Positions 20,524 to 23,975 of a DNA stretch of 23,975 bases are shown piece after piece. The DNA is taken from the NCBI GenBank assembly GCA_023515725.1, contig JALDTO010000029.1, positions 1-23,975 of the forward strand. Reading direction: 5' to 3'. Source of the stretch: Amoeboaphelidium protococcarum X5 (lineage: Eukaryota; Fungi; Aphelidiomycota). The notes below the pieces were generated by a model that saw nothing but the letters and a program-made list of their open reading frames with translations, made no database searches and was not told where the DNA came from. The position numbers and the translations under genes were made by a program. Within the stretch, counting starts at the first letter, position 1, and each line of letters begins with the position of its first letter.

Positions 20524-21705
20524 TCAAGCTATGAAACCAGTCTTAAAAAAGACGCGTGCCAAACGACTTTGAAACGGAACAGGGACTGCGATATTGTCCA
20601 CAAAATCAGCCGATAGGAATGGCAACATGAAGAATGGCATTAATGCAAGCAGACTTAGATGCACCAGCAAACGTTTGACTATCAATGGTAGACTAGTTTT
20701 TGGCAATAATTCGCATAAACATGTAGCAAGTCCATGAAGAATGAAAAATGCCATGTTGTAACCCATTTAACCAACACCATAAATACAAAACACATAGTAT
20801 TCGTGAATCAGCCCAGAAAATATGAACGTGGCCATTGCCGCCAGCATTTTGCTCATCTTTGAGCCTTTCACTGTTGACTACTATCCAGATGCAGCAGCAG
20901 ATTGTTAATTCTAATCAGACACGGAAATCCTATATCTAGCCTGATCACTCTTCATATGATATTTTTTATCATCATCATCCGACGATTTCAGCTTCTTGGA
21001 TACTGTACTAGGACTATGAATTACTGCGAACACGATCTAATGGAAAGCACGCTTAAAGCACACGTTCCATCTTGACCAAAACTCACGTAGCGTAGTGGCC
21101 GACATTGGACTATCAAACACCGGGATCATCTTAATACCCAAAACAATGCCAGGCACACCAAAGATAAATTCGAAAAAGAGTCCCATCAGAGCCCACAAGC
21201 CATAGCCAGATACTTCGAAAAGCATAAAAAATTCAAACCAAGAGCCAGACTTTATCACATGTGAGATTCTGGGTGGAAAAAATAGAGCGGCAGCAGCAGC
21301 CAAACAATAATATTTGATGACATTCTGCGCGAACATCTTCAAAGAGTAAGCGCGTCCTTCTTGAACAACTTGGCGGCTCTACTTTGTCTAAATCCAACGG
21401 CGTAGATGATCATCTTCCGGATACCACGACATTCTGATGATAAACTCCAATGAGGACATTTTGGAGATATCTTGCGCCATGCTACCAAAAAACAATTGCA
21501 AAATTTTCAAGCTGTAGGAGGAGCATAATGCAGCCAGCAAAAAGCGCCATCCGACAGAATCTGGTGCGAATACAATCGGAATAGAAATCAATGATGTGAT
21601 GGTTAACGCGGCCAAAATCTACCTCAGAGTCTACTTGCGTATCATCCTGACAGATTCACAGATACCCGGAGTCAGTATCAGCACTGATAACGCGGTATAA
21701 TTCAT
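20524..21705 (-). CDS. MBOAT-family (wax synthase-like, MBOAT_2) membrane O-acyltransferase, 393 aa
   Basis: PVFDSPMSATTLREFWSRWN, ATFIFSGLIHEY (catalytic His), MAFFILHG and many TM segments. Track ORFs 21615, 21342 and 20766 are in one frame from ATG 21705. Confidence 0.9.
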
Positions 21706-21910
21706 TTTAGTATACGATTTTTTTAGACCTTAAGGCGCAGTGAGATTATTGAAAATCAGAGAAAAGCAGAGAAAAGAAATCCGCTTTAGAAATCACCGTT
21801 CCAGTACAGTAATCTGACGCATCAATCAAATGTATTTTCGCAAAGAAACATTCATTTACAGAAAACGCTTAAGAACAAGAAGTCGTTAAGATATATATGC
21901 ATTTGATTAT

Positions 21911-23113
21911 TCAATTAGAAGGAACAAAAAGCAGCTTATTAGGTGTACTATTGTCGGATCTAGAAATTTTAATGACATTCGGAGTTGCCAGATCCAAAAG
22001 CTTTCCCCTGAGCTAGTCAACGTTCAAAGACGGCGAAGAGCTAGCAAGTAAAGCTAAAGCACCTGCAACATGAGGTGATGCCATTGAAGTGCCAGAAAAC
22101 GATTAAAACTTGTTACCTGGAGTAGCTGCCAATATATCTTTGCCAGGTGCAAATAGATTGCAGCATCTTCCGCGATTGGAGAAATTAGCAATATTGTCAT
22201 CGACATCGGATGCGGCCACAGTGAGGACAAAGTCGTAGGCAGCAGGCAGTGAGTAACACGCATCACCGTATTCGTTACCCGCAGCCACTGCGAACAAAAT
22301 GCCGGAATCAGTGGCTATCTGCATAGCTCTTTCCAAAATCTTGCTTTCGCCGGGAAATCCAAGTGACATATTGGCAATATCCACATCTGAACGACCTCTG
22401 CGAGCTCGATCTTTAATTGCAAATTCCACGCCACCCACAATGTCCGACATAAAGCATCTGCCATTTCCTCCACAAACTTTAACAGCGACAACTTCGGCAC
22501 TTTTCGCCACTCCCGACAAAAGCCCACCAACCGTGCTAGCAACGTGGGTACCATGACCATTGTCATCGGTATCAACACCAACGTAGAACGATATTCCATG
22601 GCGCGCATTACTAGAGCCACCAGATCTTTAGAATTCAGAGTGCTTCACATCAATACCACTGTCAATAATGTACACGGTAGTGCCATTGCCAGCATGGTCT
22701 GGATATGGATATGACTGATGATTCTTATCATTCAAACGCTGTGAAATACGCGTTAACCCCCAGTTTTTGGGATTAGATTACTCACCAAAGATGTGTCCAA
22801 TCTAATTCGGTTCCACAACGTCAACCTCGGGCATATCGCGTACCATACCGACCAGGTAATCATCCATTTTTGCCGCATATCCAAAGGAATACTTGTGCAT
22901 AACAGGATTATAAGTAGGCTCTGCAGATGCAGCCAGACCAAAAACGCGATGCAAGTGATCATCAATGAACGCGTCACTAGAAGATGTACTTAGATACTCA
23001 TTCTTCAAGCCGACGATATATTCTCCAGGCACTTCAATGTCATTAGTCTTAATGTAAGACGCAGCACTAATGGCTACCAGGCATAATAAGAAAGAATTAT
23101 ATAACATTGTCAT
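21911..23113 (-). CDS. Secreted proteinase K-like subtilase (S8A) with I9 propeptide, ~400 aa
   Basis: Signal peptide, VPGEYIVGLK propeptide, WGLTRIS, VYIIDSGID (Asp), DDNGHGTHVA (His), AAGN, SGTSMASPHVAG (Ser), TPNKLL, TGA at 21911-21913. The start could be 23107. Confidence 0.95.
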
Positions 23114-23692
23114 TCCACGGCAAAATGCGTCAAGGAGAAGAAAGAGTAGTAGTAAAGATCAAAGATGCAACTTTTGGTTATACATTACTTTGTAAAATCA
23201 GCATTCTATATTTTTATGTATAGCTTATAAGCTCAAACTATAAATAAAATGAAGCGTCAACTCGAAAATATAGTAATGGGTGATAAAGAACTAGTTATTG
23301 TTTAATAAGAGCCTTATTCATTGTGAATCTCCTGGCAACATTGAGACGGTACCAAATCACAACCTTGAAGGCAATCAGTAGTGATTGTTGTTAAACTTGT
23401 TGTATTGAGAAATCAGGAGACATTTTAATACAAAGATATTCTAATAAGTTACTTAACATTCTTTTTGTTTGATACTATCTTTCACCATACGCCACTGGTG
23501 GATGGTGAATACCTTCAAGTAATACTCCTGACTCAAGACCATGAGAAGATCCGCGCGGTGCGTCGCTAATATAAGCTAATCAAGCCCCTACTTATAGACT
23601 CGATCACATCATTTGGGGTCCTCCGCGCTTCCTCTTCTTATCATTCACAAACTCTTATCACACACCAAGTCTTGTTAATCTTTACCAGCATT

Positions 23693-23975
23693 ATGATCAA
23701 GAGTGTGTTATCTTTGGCACTGCTTGCAGTTGTCTACTCTGCTCCTACTTAAAGCAATGACGCGTCCGAGGTCGTACCTGGCGAGTTCATTGTTGGCCTC
23801 AAGATGGCTGAGTCTATGGACAGCAACAGCTTCATCGATGATCATCTGCAGCGTGTCTTTGGTCTGGCTGCATCTGCTGAATCTACCCACAATCCTGTGC
23901 TGCACAAGTACTCATTTGGTTATGCTGCCAAGATGGACGACTACCTGAAGGATATGGTGCGCGCTATGCCTGAGG
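23693..23975 (+). CDS. Second subtilase paralog, 5' part (signal peptide + I9 propeptide), truncated by window end
   Basis: MIKSVLSLALLAVVYSAPTQSNDASEVVPGEFIVGLK...FIDDHLQRVFGLAASAESTHNPVLHKYSFGYAAKMDDYLKDMVRAMPE, closely matching the propeptide of the 21911-23113 gene. Confidence 0.9.

Noticed and set aside
595-23975. Reading the many in-frame TAA/TAG codons as mass pseudogenisation
   Set aside because: There are no frameshifts or internal TGA in the frames checked, essential genes have intact catalytic motifs, and TAR falls at conserved Gln positions.

Overview
Gene-dense eukaryotic nuclear DNA with fungus-like genes and a non-standard genetic code. TAA and TAG are read as Gln and TGA is the only stop (translation table 6 type), so the supplied standard-code ORF track fragments or misses almost every gene. 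Re-translated by hand, the window holds 17 complete genes plus one truncated at the right edge: a tandem pair of Cys-motif orphan paralogs, PMS2/PMS1, ARPC5, ORC5, PEX11, a disordered protein with a SERTA/Zds-like motif, a membrane orphan, CDC37, ATX1, TFB1, a WD40-less mini-PRP19, a Sas10/Lcp5 hybrid, a probable mitoribosomal mL59, a GPI-type DPBB/expansin-like protein, an MBOAT wax-synthase-like protein, and two divergently arranged proteinase K-like subtilases. The code plus gene content fits an aphelid such as Amoeboaphelidium protococcarum (inference). The most striking unexplained signals are that all 8 inferred coding-region introns (54-81 nt) run GTA...TGTAG, the mini-Prp19, the Sas10-Lcp5 chimera and the orphan pair. 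All family calls come from motif recognition by eye; no searches were run.
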